Assembly (NCBI GenBank): GCA_963756895.1
Contig: CAVWPI010000007.1
Span: 281,230 to 345,229, forward strand
Direction of reading: 5' to 3'
Length of the DNA stretch: 64,000 nucleotides
Origin: an uncultured Actinomycetes bacterium
Lineage (GTDB): Bacteria; Actinomycetota; Acidimicrobiia; IMCC26256; DASPTH01
The translations under genes and the position numbers were made by a program. Below the pieces are notes generated by a model that was given only the letters and a program-made list of their open reading frames with translations, ran no database searches and was not told where the DNA came from. Position 1 is the stretch's first letter. Each line of letters begins with the position of its first letter. Shown piece by piece: positions 63,106 to 64,000 of the stretch.

Positions 63106-63397
63106 CCGAATTTTTACCGGGTTTTGCTGGGTTTTCGCGCCGCCGGTTCTTCGTACCGACCGGTAGGACGCGACCATGGGGCTCCCCACGAAACAGAGAA
63201 GCAGGTAGCTATGCCCTCAGTCCTCGACAACGACGTCGAACGCCCCTCCATGCAACAGCCCTACCCGGTGACCGATCTGGTCCGCACCTACCTCCAGCAG
63301 ACCGGGAGCAAGTTCTTCGGCCCCGGCGCCGACCGGCGCGAGGAGCCCGAGCCCCGGACGGTCCACGACCTCTGGGACTACCTCGGCGACTTCGCCT
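62701..63397 (+). repeat. Direct repeat, copy 2 (697 bp)
   Basis: Matches 51935-52630. Confidence 0.95.
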
Positions 63398-63399
63398 AG
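63211..63399 (+). CDS. Small 62-aa protein, copy 2
   Basis: Identical protein to 52444..52632; stop is TAG rather than TGA. Confidence 0.7.
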   Translation: MPSVLDNDVERPSMQQPYPVTDLVRTYLQQTGSKFFGPGADRREEPEPRTVHDLWDYLGDFA

Positions 63400-63411
63400 G
63401 CCGACGGCCTC

Positions 63412-63436
63412 CGCCGCGGGGACGCACCCCGCGGCG
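63412..63436. terminator. Hairpin between convergent genes
   Basis: CGCCGCGGGG-ACGCA-CCCCGCGGCG, 10-bp perfect stem. Confidence 0.65.
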
Positions 63437-63495
63437 TGATGCTCGTCACGTCTTCTCGCCCACATTCCCACGCGCTTCGCTGGCGGTCGGGCGGC

Positions 63496-63987
63496 TCACG
63501 CTCGGTGGTACGCCTCGTAGAGCTCGCGCGGCCAATATCGCTCCACCGTCACTGCGTCGGCCTCGACCAGCTCGGTGCTGATTCGGTCGTACTCGTAGCA
63601 GTTGAGCTCGTACTGGTTGCCCCACGGATCGACGAGATCGAACGCCCAGCACATGTCGAAGTCGACGAGATCGGTGACCACGAGACGCTCGCCCCGCGGG
63701 TGATCGATGTCCCGGGGCAGCGAGCGGGCGAACGCCATGAAGGTGTCCGCGTCGACGGAGAAGGCGACCCCGGTCTGCTGGGGAACCATCGGGTGACCCT
63801 CGCTGGCCTCGAACAGGGCGAGCATCGTCCGACCGCCATCGGCCGAGATCTGCAGCGGTCCACCCTCGAACCCGGAGGCCCAGAAGTCGAACTGCTCGAC
63901 CGGCTCGAACCCGAGCTGCTCCGAGTACCAGCGGGCCGCGTCGGCGCGATCCGGTACGCGGATGTGCACATGATCGAGCCGTCCCAT
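63496..63987 (-). CDS. VOC/glyoxalase-family protein
   Basis: LDHVHIRVPD...WYSEQLGF...DPWGNQYEL. Confidence 0.85.
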   Translation of the reverse strand: MGRLDHVHIRVPDRADAARWYSEQLGFEPVEQFDFWASGFEGGPLQISADGGRTMLALFEASEGHPMVPQQTGVAFSVDADTFMAFARSLPRDIDHPRGERLVVTDLVDFDMCWAFDLVDPWGNQYELNCYEYDRISTELVEADAVTVERYWPRELYEAYHRA

Positions 63988-64000
63988 GCGGAACCTCGGC

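Noticed and set aside
51935-63397. Composite transposon
   Set aside because: The repeats are host-type coding sequence with no transposase or terminal inverted repeats.

Overview
High-GC actinobacterial DNA; the gene content resembles Acidimicrobiia, which is an inference. No rRNA, tRNA, CRISPR array, transposase or integrase was found. The window has four zones. (1) 1-21.4 kb: lipid/aromatic-type catabolic genes (two P450s plus ferredoxin, four SDRs, two CoA-transferases, Zn-ADH, GabD-like ALDH, amidohydrolase, a SnoaL-nitroreductase fusion) and an SDR / His-type DegT / GH1 operon. (2) 21.4-45.1 kb: a mosaic of single accessory genes (arsenate and chromate resistance, APH- and ANT-like transferases, lactonase, methyltransferases, TetR pairs, LipJ-like cyclase, RsgA). 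(3) 45-52.6 kb: LLM oxidoreductase, DUF305, a GT-C/Ppm1 fusion beside a two-component system with visible 11-bp-period sites, and a methyltransferase preceded by a Fur-like box. (4) 52.6-62.7 kb: a 10-kb block bracketed by near-identical ~696-bp direct repeats. It carries two convergent modules of [membrane-tethered disordered protein ending H-T-x-(S/T)-x-G-S] + [MsrQ-like cytochrome b], a stand-alone NuoF-like flavoprotein, ferredoxin, cNMP-binding protein and a second two-component system. This looks like an extracytoplasmic electron-transfer system with no apbE in the window, and is the best candidate for a poorly described system. About 17 genes carry frameshifts, most likely long-read errors. 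Start codons and frameshift positions are approximate.
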